Shown here: piece after piece, positions 1-11,055 of the stretch | Layout of the letters: every line of letters begins with the position of its first letter | Position numbering within the stretch: position 1 is the stretch's first letter | Source: Burkholderiales bacterium | Lineage (GTDB): Bacteria; Pseudomonadota; Gammaproteobacteria; Burkholderiales; SG8-41 | Length of the DNA stretch: 64,000 nucleotides | Assembly (NCBI GenBank): GCA_035456985.1 | Contig: DATICE010000162.1 | Coordinates: 56,075 to 120,074 of the forward strand | Direction: 5' to 3' | Notes under the pieces: generated by a model | What the model saw: the letters and a program-made list of their open reading frames with translations, nothing else | Databases searched by the model: none | What the model was told of the DNA's origin: nothing | Position numbers and translations under genes: made by a program

Positions 1-1266
1 GAACCCCGCATTGCGGTCCGGGCTCCACTGCATCGGCGTCCGCACGCCGTTGCGATCGCCCAGATAGATGTTGTCGCCCATGCCGATCTCGTCGCCGTAA
101 TAGATGATGGGCGCGCCGGGCATCGAGAGCAGCAGGCTGTTCATGAGCTTGATGCGGTCGGAATCGTTCTCGAACAAAGGCGCCAGCCGGCGGCGGATGC
201 CAAGGTTGATCCGCGCGCGCGGGTCGGCGGCATACATCCGGTACATGTAGTCGCGTTCCTTGTTGGTCACCATCTCGAGGGTCAGCTCGTCGTGGTTCCT
301 GAGGAAGATCGCCCACTGGCAGGACTCCGGGATCTCCGGGGTCTGCTGCATGATCTCGACCACCGGGTGGCGGTCCTCCTGCGCGATCGCCATGTACATC
401 CGGGGCATCAGCGGAAAGTGATAGGCCATGTGGCACTCGTCGGCCTCGCCGAAGTACTCGCGCACGTCCTCGGGCCACTGGTTGGCCTCGGCGAGCAGTA
501 GCTTTCCGGGATAACGGGCGTCGAGCTCGGCCCGGATCTTCTTGATCACCGCGTGCGTCTCGGGGAGGTTCTCGTTCGAGGTGCCTTCGCGCTCGACGAG
601 GTAGGGTATCGCGTCGAGGCGGAACCCGTCGACGCCAATCTCGCACCAGTACTCCATGACTTTCAGCACGGCTTCGAGCACCTTCGGGTTGTCGAAGTTG
701 AGGTCCGGCTGATGGCTGAAGAAGCGGTGCCAGAAGTACTGCTTGGCCACCGGATCCCACGTCCAGTTCGATGTCTCAGTGTCGGTGAAAATGATGCGCG
801 TGCCCTGGTACAACTTCTCGTCGTCGCTCCAGACGTAGAAGTCGCGCTCAGGCGAGCCCTTGGGAGCGCGCCGCGCCGCCTGGAACCACGGGTGTGCGTC
901 GGAGGTGTGGTTGACGATGAGTTCCGTAATGACCCGCAGGCCACGCTTGTGCGCCTCCTCCACGAAGTGCCGGAAATCCTCCGTCGTGCCGTACTGCGGG
1001 TGCACACCGTGGTAGTCGGAAACGTCGTAGCCGTCGTCCTTCAACGGCGAGGGGTAGAAAGGCAGCAGCCATAGCGTGTTGACCCCGAGCTGCTGGACGT
1101 AATCGAGTTTCTCGGACAGGCCCCGGAAGTCGCCGAGGCCGTCCCGGTTCGAGTCGAAGAAGGCCTTGACGTGCAGCTGGTAGATGACGGCGTCCTTGTA
1201 CCAGAGCGGATCGTCGGCCGCGCCGGTCGCTGCGGCGGGCGGGCTCTGGGTCGTGGGCAGGTCCAT
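1..1266 (-). CDS. treS: Trehalose synthase / maltose alpha-D-glucosyltransferase (GH13); N-terminal 422 codons, C-terminus beyond the left window edge
   Basis: Absent from the ORF track because there is no stop inside the window. My minus-strand translation from ATG 1266..1264 reads [117 protein letters not shown]. The frame stays open to position 1. It starts 16 nt after the glgE stop. Confidence 0.9.
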   Translation of the reverse strand, partial: MDLPTTQSPPAAATGAADDPLWYKDAVIYQLHVKAFFDSNRDGLGDFRGLSEKLDYVQQLGVNTLWLLPFYPSPLKDDGYDVSDYHGVHPQYGTTEDFRHFVEEAHKRGLRVITELIVNHTSDAHPWFQAARRAPKGSPERDFYVWSDDEKLYQGTRIIFTDTETSNWTWDPVAKQYFWHRFFSHQPDLNFDNPKVLEAVLKVMEYWCEIGVDGFRLDAIPYLVEREGTSNENLPETHAVIKKIRAELDARYPGKLLLAEANQWPEDVREYFGEADECHMAYHFPLMPRMYMAIAQEDRHPVVEIMQQTPEIPESCQWAIFLRNHDELTLEMVTNKERDYMYRMYAADPRARINLGIRRRLAPLFENDSDRIKLMNSLLLSMPGAPIIYYGDEIGMGDNIYLGDRNGVRTPMQWSPDRNAGF

Positions 1267-1282
1267 TACGGCGCTCTCGCGG

Positions 1283-3292
1283 TCACAAGAAGTAGTCGAA
1301 ATCCTGCTCGTGATGCACGCGCCGGCGGACGTGGAATATGTGCGCCGGCACCCGCGCAGGGTCGAGCCGCACGAAATTGCGCGCCCCCGACCACAAGTAG
1401 TGCGCGCCGGTCAGGAGATCGTGCATCTGGTACTGTGTTCCTGGTTCGATACCGAGAGCCTCGACGTCGAGGTTCACCCAGCCCGCGTGGGCGTTGTGCG
1501 GGTCGAGGTTCACGACGCAGACTACGGCATTGGCGAAGTCTTCGGTGGTCTTTGCATAGGCGATCATCTGCTCGTTGTCCGTATCGAAAAATCGCAGCCG
1601 CCAGTCGGCATGGAGCGCGGGATTCTCGCGCCGGATGCGGTTCACCCGCGCGATGAAGGGCCGCAGGCTGTCGGCGCGGTCGAGGTCCCAGTGGCGCAAC
1701 TGGTATTTCTCCGAATCGCGGTATTCCTCGCTCCCCGGGTCGCGGGCGGCGTGCTCCATCAGCTCGTAGGCCGGACCATAGATACCGTAGCTCGCCCCCA
1801 GCGTCGCCGCAAGCACGAGGCGTGCCATGAATGCCGGCCGCCCGCCGTACTGCAGCGCTTCGGTGAGGATATCCGGGGTGTTCGGCCAGAGGTTGGGCCG
1901 GTAGTATTCGCGCCCCGGGCCATGTGCGAGCTCCGTGAAATACTCGGTCAACTCCCGCTTGGTGTTGCGCCAGGCGAAGTAGGTGTAGGACTGGGTGAAA
2001 CCGAGCTTGGCGAGCCGGTGCATCACCTTCGGGCGGGTGAAGGCCTCGGCAAGGAAGATCACATCGGGATGGTCACGGCGGATCTCGGCAATCGCCCACT
2101 CCCAGAACGCGAACGCCTTGGTGTGGGGGTTGTCCACGCGCAAGATGCGCACCCCCTCGCCGATCCAGAAATCGATGACGCTTTTCAGCTCCGCCCACAG
2201 GCCGCGCCAGTCTTCCGACTCGAAGTTGAACGGATAGATGTCCTGGTACTTCTTGGGCGGGTTCTCCGCATACTGGATGCTCCCGTCCGGGCGCCGGCGG
2301 AACCACTCGGGATGGCTCTTCACGTACGGGTGGTCCGGCGCGCACTGGAAGGCGATGTCGAGCGCGATCTCGATGCCGAGCCGCTGCGCGGCCGCCACCA
2401 GGCTGCGGAATTCCGCTGGTGTGCCGAGCTGAGAGTGGATCGCCTTGTGGCCGCCTTCGGACGCTCCGATCGCCCACGGGCTGCCGACGTCGTCCGCCGC
2501 GGCGGCGAGGGCGTTGTTCTTGCCCTTGCGCTTCTCGCGCCCGACCGGGTGGATGGGCGGCAGGTAGAGCACGTCAAAGCCGAGTTCGGCGACGTAGGCG
2601 AGGCGCTTCTCCACGTCCTTGAACGTGCCATGGCGGCCCGGGCTTTCGGACGCGGAGCGCGGGAAGAGCTCATACCACGACGAAAAGCGGGCGCGTTCGC
2701 GATCCACGATCAGCGGCAGCTCCACCGGCCACTGGGTGGAAGACGCGCGGTTCGGGTAGCGCATCGCGATCTCTGCCATCGTGCTGTCGAGACCCGCCGT
2801 TCGTATCGCGTCCACCCCCTGCGCCGCGCGCAGCCGCTTGGCCCACTCCTTCAGGCGTCTTGCGTCCTCGCCGGGCGCGCGGCCGGCGGCTTCCTCGATC
2901 AGGCCGGCCCCAACCTCTGCTGCAATCCGGAGGTCGGCTGCGTCCTCCCGGCGCGAGAATTCATCGCGCCACGAGTGGAAGTGATCGACCCATGCGACCA
3001 CGGTGTAGCGATAGCGGCCGATCGCTCCGGCGGAAAAGCTCGCGCGCCAGACGTCGTTGCCGAGCGGGGCCATCTCGACCTCGCTCCATTGCGCCGCGTC
3101 CTCCGCGCGCCAGCGCAGCATGACGCGCAGGAGGTCGTGGCCGTCGGTAAAGCAATGGGCTTCGACGTCGACGCGTTCGCCCGCGACCCGCTTTACCGCG
3201 TAGCGCCCACCGTCCACTGCGGGCTGGACCGCGTCGATCACAGCCCGAATCCGCCCGTCCGGGGCGGCGGGCGGCAGGCGCACGTCAGTCAT
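1283..3292 (-). CDS. glgE: Alpha-1,4-glucan:maltose-1-phosphate maltosyltransferase
   Basis: 669-aa ORF with GlgE-type N-terminal domain and GH13 core ([51 protein letters not shown]). Flanked by glgB and treS. Confidence 0.9.
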   Translation of the reverse strand: MTDVRLPPAAPDGRIRAVIDAVQPAVDGGRYAVKRVAGERVDVEAHCFTDGHDLLRVMLRWRAEDAAQWSEVEMAPLGNDVWRASFSAGAIGRYRYTVVAWVDHFHSWRDEFSRREDAADLRIAAEVGAGLIEEAAGRAPGEDARRLKEWAKRLRAAQGVDAIRTAGLDSTMAEIAMRYPNRASSTQWPVELPLIVDRERARFSSWYELFPRSASESPGRHGTFKDVEKRLAYVAELGFDVLYLPPIHPVGREKRKGKNNALAAAADDVGSPWAIGASEGGHKAIHSQLGTPAEFRSLVAAAQRLGIEIALDIAFQCAPDHPYVKSHPEWFRRRPDGSIQYAENPPKKYQDIYPFNFESEDWRGLWAELKSVIDFWIGEGVRILRVDNPHTKAFAFWEWAIAEIRRDHPDVIFLAEAFTRPKVMHRLAKLGFTQSYTYFAWRNTKRELTEYFTELAHGPGREYYRPNLWPNTPDILTEALQYGGRPAFMARLVLAATLGASYGIYGPAYELMEHAARDPGSEEYRDSEKYQLRHWDLDRADSLRPFIARVNRIRRENPALHADWRLRFFDTDNEQMIAYAKTTEDFANAVVCVVNLDPHNAHAGWVNLDVEALGIEPGTQYQMHDLLTGAHYLWSGARNFVRLDPARVPAHIFHVRRRVHHEQDFDYFL

Positions 3293-5276
3293 CGGCCTCG
3301 CTCCGGAAAAAGACAGTGGAGAGCGGAGGGAGCGTCACCGTGAGCGAATAGGGTCGCCCATGCGCGGCCACCGGCGCGGCCTCCACGCCGCCCAGGTTCC
3401 CCCAGCCGGTGCCGCCGTAGTGCTTTCCATCGCTGTTGAGGAGCTCCGTCCAGCGTCCCGCGCGCGGCACGCCGATAACGTAGTTCTCGCGCGGAATCGG
3501 CGTGAAGTTGCACACAACCAGCACGAGCGGCCCGCGCCCGCGTGGCTTGCGCATGAACGTGAACACGCTGTTCACGGCGTCGTTCGCGTCGATCCACTCG
3601 AAACCCTCGTGGGTGAAATCGGCCTGCCACAGCGCGGGCTCCTCGCGGTAGCAGCGGTTGAGATCGCCGACCCATTTCTGCACGCCCCCGTGCTCGGGAA
3701 GTTCCATGACCCACCATTCGAGCTCGCCCTCGTGCGTCCACTCGCGGCGCTGGCCGAACTCGCCGCCCATGAAGAGCAGCTTCTTACCGGGATGTCCCCA
3801 CATGTAGCCGTAGAGTGCGCGCAGGCCGGCGAACTGCTGCCAGGTGTCGCCGGGCATCTTGCCGCAGAGCGAGCCTTTGCCGTAGACCACCTCGTCGTGC
3901 GAGAGCGGCAGCACGAAGTTCTCGTTGAACGCGTAGAGGAGCGAAAACGTCAGGCGCCCGTGGTGGTACTTGCGGTGGATGGGGTCCTCCCGCATGTACG
4001 CGAGGGTATCGTGCATCCAGCCCATATTCCACTTCAATCCGAATCCGAGGCCGCCGAGATACGTCGGGCGCGACACCATCGGCCACGCCGTGGACTCCTC
4101 CGCCACCGTGAACGCTTCGGGATGATCGCGGTAGACCGCTTCGTTGAGAGTCCTCAGAAAGTGGATCGCCTCGAGATTTTCCCTGCCGCCGTAGCGGTTC
4201 GGGACCCATTCGCCGTCCTTGCGGGCATAGTCCAGGTAGAGCATGGATGCGACGGCGTCCACGCGCAGGCCGTCGACATGGTAGCGGTCGAGCCAGAATA
4301 GCGCCGACGACATCAGGAACGCGCGCACTTCGTGCCGGCCGTAGTTGAAAATGCTCGAATGCCACTCCGGGTGGTAGCCCTGCCGCGGATCGGCGTGCTC
4401 GAAGAGATGCGTGCCGTCGAAGCGCGCGAGACCGTGCGGATCGTCGGGGAAGTGCGAGGGCACCCAGTCGAGGATGACGCCGATGCCGCGCCGGTGCAGG
4501 GTGTCCACTAGATACATGAGGTCCTGCGGCGTGCCGTAGCGCGCCGTCGGCGCGAAGTATCCGGTGGTCTGGTAGCCCCACGAGCCGTAGAACGGGTGCT
4601 CGGTGACCGGCATCAGCTCGACGTGCGTGAAGCCGGTCTTCTCGACGTAGTCCGCGAGCTCGTGCGCAAGCTCGCGGTAACCGAGAAAGCGCCCGTCCTT
4701 CCGTTTCCAGGATCCCGCGTGCACTTCGTAGATCGCCATCGGCGCGTCCAGCGCGTTTTTCCTGCCGCGCCCCGCCATCCACTCGGCGTCACCCCAGTCG
4801 TAATCAAGAGACCAGGTGCGGGACGCGGTCGATGGCGGGCACTCCGTGCAGAATGCGAAAGGATCCGCCTTCTCGCTCGCCCCGCCTGCGTCCGGCGTAA
4901 TGCGGAATTTGTAGCACGTGCCCTCCGCGACCTCGCCGACGAATCCTTCCCAGATACCGGAGCCGTCGCGCCGCGCCGCCAGCGGGTGCGCGACGGGGTC
5001 CCAGTCGTTGAAATCGCCCATGACCGAAACGGCGCGCGCGCCCGGTGCCCACACCCCGAAATGGAACCCCGTCACGCCGTCCGCAACCACCCGCCGCGCG
5101 CCGAGCTTCTCGTAGAGGCGGGCGTGCGTTCCCTCCTTGAAGAGATAGACGTCGTGCGTGGAGAGCGGCGATGACACAGCCTCGCGCGGCGAGCGGCTCC
5201 GCGCACCGCTACCACCCGCAGGCGGCTCGGATTTCGTGGTCTGGCGTGCTGGCATCCTCCTCGGCTTGCCATGCAT
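3285..5276 (-). CDS. glgB: 1,4-alpha-glucan branching enzyme
   Basis: 663-aa ORF with GH13 branching-enzyme motifs ([56 protein letters not shown]). Overlaps the glgE start by 8 nt (ATGACTGA). The exact start is uncertain because the N-terminus is basic and low-complexity. Confidence 0.9.
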   Translation of the reverse strand: MHGKPRRMPARQTTKSEPPAGGSGARSRSPREAVSSPLSTHDVYLFKEGTHARLYEKLGARRVVADGVTGFHFGVWAPGARAVSVMGDFNDWDPVAHPLAARRDGSGIWEGFVGEVAEGTCYKFRITPDAGGASEKADPFAFCTECPPSTASRTWSLDYDWGDAEWMAGRGRKNALDAPMAIYEVHAGSWKRKDGRFLGYRELAHELADYVEKTGFTHVELMPVTEHPFYGSWGYQTTGYFAPTARYGTPQDLMYLVDTLHRRGIGVILDWVPSHFPDDPHGLARFDGTHLFEHADPRQGYHPEWHSSIFNYGRHEVRAFLMSSALFWLDRYHVDGLRVDAVASMLYLDYARKDGEWVPNRYGGRENLEAIHFLRTLNEAVYRDHPEAFTVAEESTAWPMVSRPTYLGGLGFGLKWNMGWMHDTLAYMREDPIHRKYHHGRLTFSLLYAFNENFVLPLSHDEVVYGKGSLCGKMPGDTWQQFAGLRALYGYMWGHPGKKLLFMGGEFGQRREWTHEGELEWWVMELPEHGGVQKWVGDLNRCYREEPALWQADFTHEGFEWIDANDAVNSVFTFMRKPRGRGPLVLVVCNFTPIPRENYVIGVPRAGRWTELLNSDGKHYGGTGWGNLGGVEAAPVAAHGRPYSLTVTLPPLSTVFFRSEADD

Positions 5277-5418
5277 CAGGAATGATCTTTCTTATCTTGT
5301 AATTGGTCTGTCCCGCGGCACCGAAAAAAGTTCCCCGCGCGTGCTGCGCCGCAGCGCCGCAATGCGAATTCCGCACCATTATGACACTGGCGTTTCCGAC
5401 GGCACCGATCGCGCGGCG

Positions 5419-6084
5419 TCACCAGGCTGCGACCACGATGACGTGAACGCGATACGGGCCGTGCGCGCCGAGCGTTACCGTCTGCTCGATGTCGGCGGTG
5501 CGCGAGGGACCGGAGATGAAATTGACCGCGCGCGGCGGGGTTCCCAACTCGTCACGCATGAGCTGCCACGCTTCTTCCATGCCGCGCACGATGCGCGATT
5601 TGCGCACGACCGCGATATGGGTTTCCGGGAGCAGGCTCACCGTGGCCGGCGTATCGCGGCCCGATAACGTCATCAGGGTGCCGGTTTCGGCGATGGCGCA
5701 GAAGGCTCCCGTGATGCCGACCGGATCGGTGTCGCGCGCTTCCCGTGCCGCAACGTCGATACCCGCGGCACGCCAATCAAGCGCCGCAAGCTCGGACCAG
5801 CATACCGCCGCATGCGGCAATGAATTCGCCTGCAGGTAACGGGCGACGGCAGCCGGGGCGTTCTCGATCGATTCCACCTCTTCCACCGTGCTCGCGAGCC
5901 CCAGCGCGCGCTCCCGAAAACGAACAAGCGGGTCCCATTCCAAGCGCGGTCGAGCATTGACGGGATGCGCCCGGATGTGCGAGCGCACGGCTTCACGCTC
6001 GGCTTCGGCGGAAACAGGTGTCTTCCCCTGCCGCGCGCGGATGCGTGCCAGAATGCTTTCCCGTGCGTGTGTCCCGTCACTCAT
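5419..6084 (-). CDS. lutC: LutC/YkgG-family lactate-utilisation protein C (LUD domain)
   Basis: 221-aa ORF with typical LutC features: SILARIRARQG N-terminus, GITGAFCAIAETGTL, and LLPETHIAVV...SRTADIE at the C-terminus. Confidence 0.8.
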   Translation of the reverse strand: MSDGTHARESILARIRARQGKTPVSAEAEREAVRSHIRAHPVNARPRLEWDPLVRFRERALGLASTVEEVESIENAPAAVARYLQANSLPHAAVCWSELAALDWRAAGIDVAAREARDTDPVGITGAFCAIAETGTLMTLSGRDTPATVSLLPETHIAVVRKSRIVRGMEEAWQLMRDELGTPPRAVNFISGPSRTADIEQTVTLGAHGPYRVHVIVVAAW

Positions 6085-6090
6085 TACGTA

Positions 6091-7611
6091 TCACCCGAGC
6101 GTGGGCATGTTGAGCCCCGGCGCCGGCGTGTCCTGGTGCGGCCAGCGGCTGGTGATGACCTTGGTGCGGGTGTAGAACTTGACGCCCTCCATGCCGTGCA
6201 CGTGGAGGTCGCCGAAGAGCGAGCTCTTCCAGCCGCCGAAGGAATAGAACGCCACGGGCACCGGAATCGGCACGTTCACGCCGACCATGCCGACCTGGAT
6301 CTCGTTCTCGAAGCGCCGCGCGGCACCGCCCGACTCGGTGAAGATCGCCGTGCCGTTGGCGTAAGGGTTGCGATTGACGAGCGCGATCGCGTCCTCCAGC
6401 GTCGTCGCCCGCAGCACGACCAGCACCGGCCCGAAGATCTCGTCCCGGTAGATCTTCATTTCCGGAGTGACGTGGTCGAACAGCGTCGTGCCGAGAAAGT
6501 AGCCCTCATCGGATCCGCGGACCTTGAGACCGCGGCCGTCAACGACAAGCTTCGCGCCCTCCTTCACCCCCTCGTCGATATAACCCGCGACTTTGTCGCG
6601 GTGCTGGGCGGTCACGAGCGGGCCCATGTCCACGCCTTCCTTGTCCCCGGGACCGACTACGATCGCCTCCGCTCTTTTCTTGAGCAGCTTCACGAGGGGA
6701 TCGGCGGCGGCGCCGACCGCGACCACCGCGGAGATTGCCATGCAGCGCTCTCCCGCCGAGCCGTAGGCCGCGCCGATCAAGGCGTCGGCGGCGAACTCGA
6801 GATCGGCATCCGGCAGCACCACCGCGTGGTTCTTCGCGCCGCCCAGGGCCTGAACCCGCTTGTGATTCTTCGCGCAGGTCTCGTAGATGTATTTTGCGAT
6901 CGGAGTGGATCCGACGAAGGACACCGCGTGGATGCCGGGATGATTGAGGATCGCGTCCACGGCTTCCTTGTCGCCGTGCACGATGTTCAGCACCCCGTCG
7001 GGCAGGCCCGCATCCTTGAAGAGCTCCGCCATGCGCATCGAGGCCGACGGCACCTTCTCCGAGGGCTTGAGCACGAAGGCGTTGCCGCATGCGATCGCCA
7101 CCGGGAACATCCACAGCGGCACCATCACCGGGAAGTTGAAGGGCGTGATGCCGGCGCACACTCCGACCGGCTGGCGCACCGTGTGGCAGTCCACGCCCGA
7201 GCCGACGTTCTCCGAGTGCTCGCCCTTCAGCAGATGGGGCACGCCGCAGGCGAATTCGACCACCTCGATCCCGCGCTGGACCGAGCCCATCGCATCGGGG
7301 AGGGTCTTGCCGTGCTCCTCGGTGACGAGCGCGGCGAGCTCCTTCTGGTGCGCCTGCATCAGCTGCAGGAATTTCTGCATCACGCGCGCGCGCCGCAGCG
7401 GCGGCGTCTCGCCCCAGCCGGGAGCCGCCGCCGTCGCGGCCTTCACTGCGTTATCGATATCGGCCGCATTGCAAAACGGAACCTTGCGGACGACGGCGCC
7501 GGTGGCGGGATTGGTGACCGTCCCGTAACGGGTGCTCATGGCGGGATGCTGCCTGCCGAAGACCCACAACGGCACGCTCGCCACGTTCTGACGCTCTCCG
7601 GGCTTGTTCAT
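6091..7611 (-). CDS. mmsA: CoA-acylating methylmalonate/malonate-semialdehyde dehydrogenase-like aldehyde dehydrogenase
   Basis: 506-aa ALDH-superfamily ORF with MSDH-like motifs: ITPFNFPVMVPLWMFPVAIACGNAFVLKPSE, GGAKNHAVVLPDAD (no general-base Glu) and catalytic Cys in GERCMA. Confidence 0.8.
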   Translation of the reverse strand: MNKPGERQNVASVPLWVFGRQHPAMSTRYGTVTNPATGAVVRKVPFCNAADIDNAVKAATAAAPGWGETPPLRRARVMQKFLQLMQAHQKELAALVTEEHGKTLPDAMGSVQRGIEVVEFACGVPHLLKGEHSENVGSGVDCHTVRQPVGVCAGITPFNFPVMVPLWMFPVAIACGNAFVLKPSEKVPSASMRMAELFKDAGLPDGVLNIVHGDKEAVDAILNHPGIHAVSFVGSTPIAKYIYETCAKNHKRVQALGGAKNHAVVLPDADLEFAADALIGAAYGSAGERCMAISAVVAVGAAADPLVKLLKKRAEAIVVGPGDKEGVDMGPLVTAQHRDKVAGYIDEGVKEGAKLVVDGRGLKVRGSDEGYFLGTTLFDHVTPEMKIYRDEIFGPVLVVLRATTLEDAIALVNRNPYANGTAIFTESGGAARRFENEIQVGMVGVNVPIPVPVAFYSFGGWKSSLFGDLHVHGMEGVKFYTRTKVITSRWPHQDTPAPGLNMPTLG

Positions 7612-7626
7612 GGCAGATTCCTCGAA

Positions 7627-9030
7627 TCAGTTTCGCCGTTTACCATACAGCTCGCGGAAGGTGCGGCCCTGCGGCGCCGGAAAATCGCGCCCATCGGTCC
7701 AGCCCCCGGCGAGCGGGAGGCGATGGATCAGCTTTCCCCGGCCGCCGATAATGGACAGCATGCGCGCGCCGAGCGCAGTCATCATCGCATAGATCGCCGG
7801 GCGCAGCGCCACCCAGCCCCAAAGCGCGAGCCCGAGCCGCTCGGGCCACGGCTTGAGCCTTTCCTCGAACTGCCGCTCGCGCAGCTTCCTCATGAGATCG
7901 GGCAGCGGAATCTTCACCGGGCAGACCACGCCGCACTGGTTGCAGAAGGTCGCCGCATTGGGCAGATCGAGCGCGTTTGCGAGCCCCACGTAGCTCGGCG
8001 TCAGCACCGAGCCCATCGGGCCGGGATAGACCCAGCCGTAGGCGTGGCCGCCCACGCTCTGGTACACCGGGCAGTGGTTCATGCAGGCGCCGCAGCGTAT
8101 GCAGCGCAGCATCGGCTGCAGGTCGCTTCCCAGCATCTCGACTCGCCCGCCGTCGAGCAGGATGACGTGGAAGTGCTCCGGCCCGTCGCGATCGCCCTCC
8201 CCCTTCACACCGGTCGTGACCGAGATGTAGTTGGAGATGGTCTGCCCCGTGCCGTGCGCCGGCAGCAGCCGCATCAGCGTTGATGCGTCCTCCAGCGTCG
8301 GCACCACTTTCTCGATGCCGGTGATCGCGACGTGCACGCGCGGCAGCGTGGTCACCAGGCGCCCGTTTCCCTCGTTGGTCACGATGAGCGTGGAGCCGGT
8401 CTCCGCCACGAGGAAATTCGCGCCGGAGATTCCCATCCCCGCGGTCAGGAACTCACGGCGCAGCATCTCTCGCGCTTCGCGGGTCAACGCCGCGATGTCG
8501 GTCTTGCGCGGGGTGCGATGCTTTGCCTCGAACAGGTCGGAGACCTCGTCGCGGGTCTTGTGCACGACCGGCGCGACGATGTGCGAAGGCGGCTCTTTCG
8601 CCAGTTGCAGGATGTACTCGCCGAGATCGGTTTCCACGACCTCGACTCCCGCCGCTTCGAGCGCCTCGTTCAGCGCGCACTCCTCCGTGACCATGGACTT
8701 CGACTTGACGGCCTTCTTGACGCCGTGCCCGCGCGCGATCTCGCACACGATCCGGTTCACGTCCTCGCGGGTCTGCGCCCAATGCACGACGGCTCCGCGC
8801 GCCACGGCGTTGCGCTCGAACTCCTCGAGATAAGCATCGAGATCGGCGAGCGCGCGGTCGCGAATCGCGGCGGCGGCGGAACGGATTTCCTCGTAATTGC
8901 CGAGCTCGGCCACGCGCTCGGCGCGCCCGCGCACGAAGTTGCCCTGCAGCCGCTTAAGGGCGGACTGAAGGTTGGCGTTGGTGAGCTTGGCGCCCGCCGA
9001 CGCTTTGAAGTGCATGGACGTGATCTGCAT
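7627..9030 (-). CDS. lutB: LutB/YkgF-family iron-sulfur lactate-utilisation protein B
   Basis: 467-aa ORF with an LUD-type domain and a ferredoxin-like cluster motif (CIRCGACMNHCPVY ... CNQCGVVCPV). Confidence 0.85.
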   Translation of the reverse strand: MQITSMHFKASAGAKLTNANLQSALKRLQGNFVRGRAERVAELGNYEEIRSAAAAIRDRALADLDAYLEEFERNAVARGAVVHWAQTREDVNRIVCEIARGHGVKKAVKSKSMVTEECALNEALEAAGVEVVETDLGEYILQLAKEPPSHIVAPVVHKTRDEVSDLFEAKHRTPRKTDIAALTREAREMLRREFLTAGMGISGANFLVAETGSTLIVTNEGNGRLVTTLPRVHVAITGIEKVVPTLEDASTLMRLLPAHGTGQTISNYISVTTGVKGEGDRDGPEHFHVILLDGGRVEMLGSDLQPMLRCIRCGACMNHCPVYQSVGGHAYGWVYPGPMGSVLTPSYVGLANALDLPNAATFCNQCGVVCPVKIPLPDLMRKLRERQFEERLKPWPERLGLALWGWVALRPAIYAMMTALGARMLSIIGGRGKLIHRLPLAGGWTDGRDFPAPQGRTFRELYGKRRN

Positions 9031-9037
9031 GGTCCTC

Positions 9038-10135
9038 TCAGCTCATGCGGTAGCGGCGAACGGCGTCCGCGTTCCAGGCGAGACCGTTGCCCGGCCGTGT
9101 GTTTAGGTTCGCGTTTCCGTCGACGATCCGCAATGGCTCTTCGAGGAGCGCATTCCCCCAGTCCACGTACTCCAGCCAGTGCGCCGTCGGCGTCACCGTG
9201 AGGAGATGCGCGCTCACCTCCGGGTAGAGGTGCGAGGACATCTTGATCTTCCTTGCCGCGGCCACCTCGGCCGCGCGCCTCCAGCCGGTGACTCCGCCGA
9301 TCCGCTCCAGGTCCGGCATCACGTAATCGCAGCACTGCGCGGCAAGCGCCCGTTCCATGTCGTGCGGGAGCGAGAAGTTTTCGCCGATCTGCACCGGTGT
9401 CGCGAGCGCGCGCGCGATCTCCGCACACCCCGCGAAATCGTCGTGCCGGATCGGCTCCTCGATCCAGTAGACGCCCTCCCCCTCTAGCGCACGGCCGCGC
9501 CGGAGCGCCTCCTCGACAGTCAGAGCCTGGTTGTAATCCACCATGAGCTTGATGTCGGCTGGTATGCGCAAGCGCACCGCGCGCGCCGCCGCGAGATCGG
9601 CTTCCAGCGTCGGATACCCGAGCCGGAGCTTGATCGCGCGGAAGCCGCCGGCGAGGAGCTTCTGCGCCTCGTCCGCCACGGCAGCGGGATCGTCCTTCAG
9701 TCCCAACCCGCAGCTGTTATACGCGGGCACGGGTCGTGGCGTTCCGCCGAGGTAGGACGCGAGCGGCATCCCCGCGGCCTTTGCCACCGCGTCCCAGGCC
9801 GCCACGTCGAACATCGCCATTGCCATGCGCACGATGCCCTGCACTCCGATCAGCACGAAACGTTTCGCGAGCTTTGCCCACAGGACGGCCGGCTCCACCC
9901 GGTCGCCCTTGACCGTTCGCAGCACCTCCTCGAGCAGGACCGCGATCGCGGGCGCTGCGGCGGGGAGATAACAGAACTGCCACGCGTGCCCCGTCACGCC
10001 CTCCTCGGTTTCGAGATCCACGAGCAGCAGCGGCGCCTCGCGCACCGCTTGCTGGCTGGTGCCGAGCACGTACGTCATCGGCACCTTCACACCGACGGCG
10101 CGGATGTTGCGGACGGTGATTTTGGGCGGCGTCAC
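9038..10135 (-). CDS. Enolase-superfamily enzyme (mandelate racemase / muconate lactonising enzyme family; probable acid-sugar dehydratase or racemase)
   Basis: The C-terminal 366 codons of track ORF 9038..10564 show the MR/MLE pattern (FRAIKLRLG, KLMVDYNQA, VYWIEEPIRHDD, IQIGENF, DYVMPDLERIGG). I trimmed the start to GTG 10135..10133, a GTGA overlap with the upstream stop. The Arg/Pro-rich extension upstream lies inside the neighbouring gene. Confidence 0.8.
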   Translation of the reverse strand: MTPPKITVRNIRAVGVKVPMTYVLGTSQQAVREAPLLLVDLETEEGVTGHAWQFCYLPAAAPAIAVLLEEVLRTVKGDRVEPAVLWAKLAKRFVLIGVQGIVRMAMAMFDVAAWDAVAKAAGMPLASYLGGTPRPVPAYNSCGLGLKDDPAAVADEAQKLLAGGFRAIKLRLGYPTLEADLAAARAVRLRIPADIKLMVDYNQALTVEEALRRGRALEGEGVYWIEEPIRHDDFAGCAEIARALATPVQIGENFSLPHDMERALAAQCCDYVMPDLERIGGVTGWRRAAEVAAARKIKMSSHLYPEVSAHLLTVTPTAHWLEYVDWGNALLEEPLRIVDGNANLNTRPGNGLAWNADAVRRYRMS

Positions 10136-11055
10136 GCCTTCCGGCCCTGCGCATGCAGGATCAGAATATCCCGCGCCGCGCGATGGACGGGCGTCGGCAC
10201 GCCAACGGCCGCGCCGAGCTCGACCACGGAGCCTGAAAGCCACTCCACTTCCAGAGGGTTGCCGCGCTCGAGATCGAGCTGCATTGAAGCCGTCATCGTC
10301 GACGGCAGCGTGTCCACGAACGCCATGCGTTCTTCGGCGAAGTCTTCCGGGAGGCGGATCCCATGGGCCCGGCCCACGGCCGCGGCTTCGCGTAACGCGT
10401 CGAGGTAGAACTTGCGGGTCATGGGATGACTGCGAATCGGGCCGATCGGCAGGCGAATGGTCGCGGTGACGGCGGCCATAGCCACCAGGAACACGAATTT
10501 CTCCCAGAGCGTGCGGCGGATATCGTCGGAAATCGCAGCGTCGAGACCGCCTTTCCGGCACCACTCGAGCAACGCCTCGGCGCGCTTCGAGCGCCGGCCG
10601 CTGTATTCGCCGAACACCACCCTCTGCATGGTTCCGGTGTGCTGGATCACGCCGGGACGGGAAATCGCGGTCCCCATGTACGCGACGCCGCCCATCAACG
10701 CCTTCTCGCCGATGATGGGGCGCAGGATGTCGTCCTTCACCACGCCGTTCTGGAGCGAGATCACGCCGGTTTCCGGACCGATGAGCGGCAGGATCTGGCG
10801 CGCCGCGGAATCAGTATCCCAGAGCTTGACCGAAAAGATGACTATATCGACCTGTCCCAGCGTCGCCGGATCGTCGGTCACTTGCACCGTGCGGAGGCGC
10901 ACGTTCTCGACCTGACTTTCGAGCTTGAGGCCATGCTCGCGCATTGCGGCGAGATGCGCCCCGCGGGCAATGAAAGACACGTCGCAACCTGCGTGCGCGA
11001 GGCGGGCTCCGATCAGCCCACCCACGCCGCCAGAACCCATCATTGCTATTTTCAT
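10132..11055 (-). CDS. 2-dehydropantoate 2-reductase family oxidoreductase (ApbA/PanE-like)
   Basis: 307-aa ORF with an N-terminal Rossmann motif (MKIAMMGSGGVGGLIGARLA) and a KPR-family C-terminal domain. Its start overlaps the lutA stop (ATGA). Confidence 0.75.
   Translation of the reverse strand: MKIAMMGSGGVGGLIGARLAHAGCDVSFIARGAHLAAMREHGLKLESQVENVRLRTVQVTDDPATLGQVDIVIFSVKLWDTDSAARQILPLIGPETGVISLQNGVVKDDILRPIIGEKALMGGVAYMGTAISRPGVIQHTGTMQRVVFGEYSGRRSKRAEALLEWCRKGGLDAAISDDIRRTLWEKFVFLVAMAAVTATIRLPIGPIRSHPMTRKFYLDALREAAAVGRAHGIRLPEDFAEERMAFVDTLPSTMTASMQLDLERGNPLEVEWLSGSVVELGAAVGVPTPVHRAARDILILHAQGRKA

Noticed and set aside
1184-3343. 719-aa plus-strand ORF, and similar long ORFs such as 5965..8283 (+), 19351..21009 (+), 30956..32575 (+), 35631..37172 (+), 45292..46440 (-) and 47578..48948 (-)
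   Set aside because: These are antisense shadow ORFs of well-supported genes (glgE, mmsA/lutB, multicopper oxidase, secD, diguanylate cyclase, DUF3108 gene, desaturase). Their products are Arg/Ala/Pro/Gly-rich low-complexity sequences with no recognisable motifs, as expected in high-GC DNA.
9038-10564. Long N-terminal extensions of track ORFs: enolase-superfamily gene to 10564, panC to 38523, queA to 35360, 2-hydroxyacid dehydrogenase from 26127, exonuclease fusion from 16321, purN from 43624, rpmB to 49541, yajC to 33082
   Set aside because: The extensions overlap upstream genes or the tRNA, are Arg/Pro-rich and lack family similarity. Conserved N-terminal motifs begin at internal ATG/GTG/TTG codons that give typical protein lengths and short overlaps.
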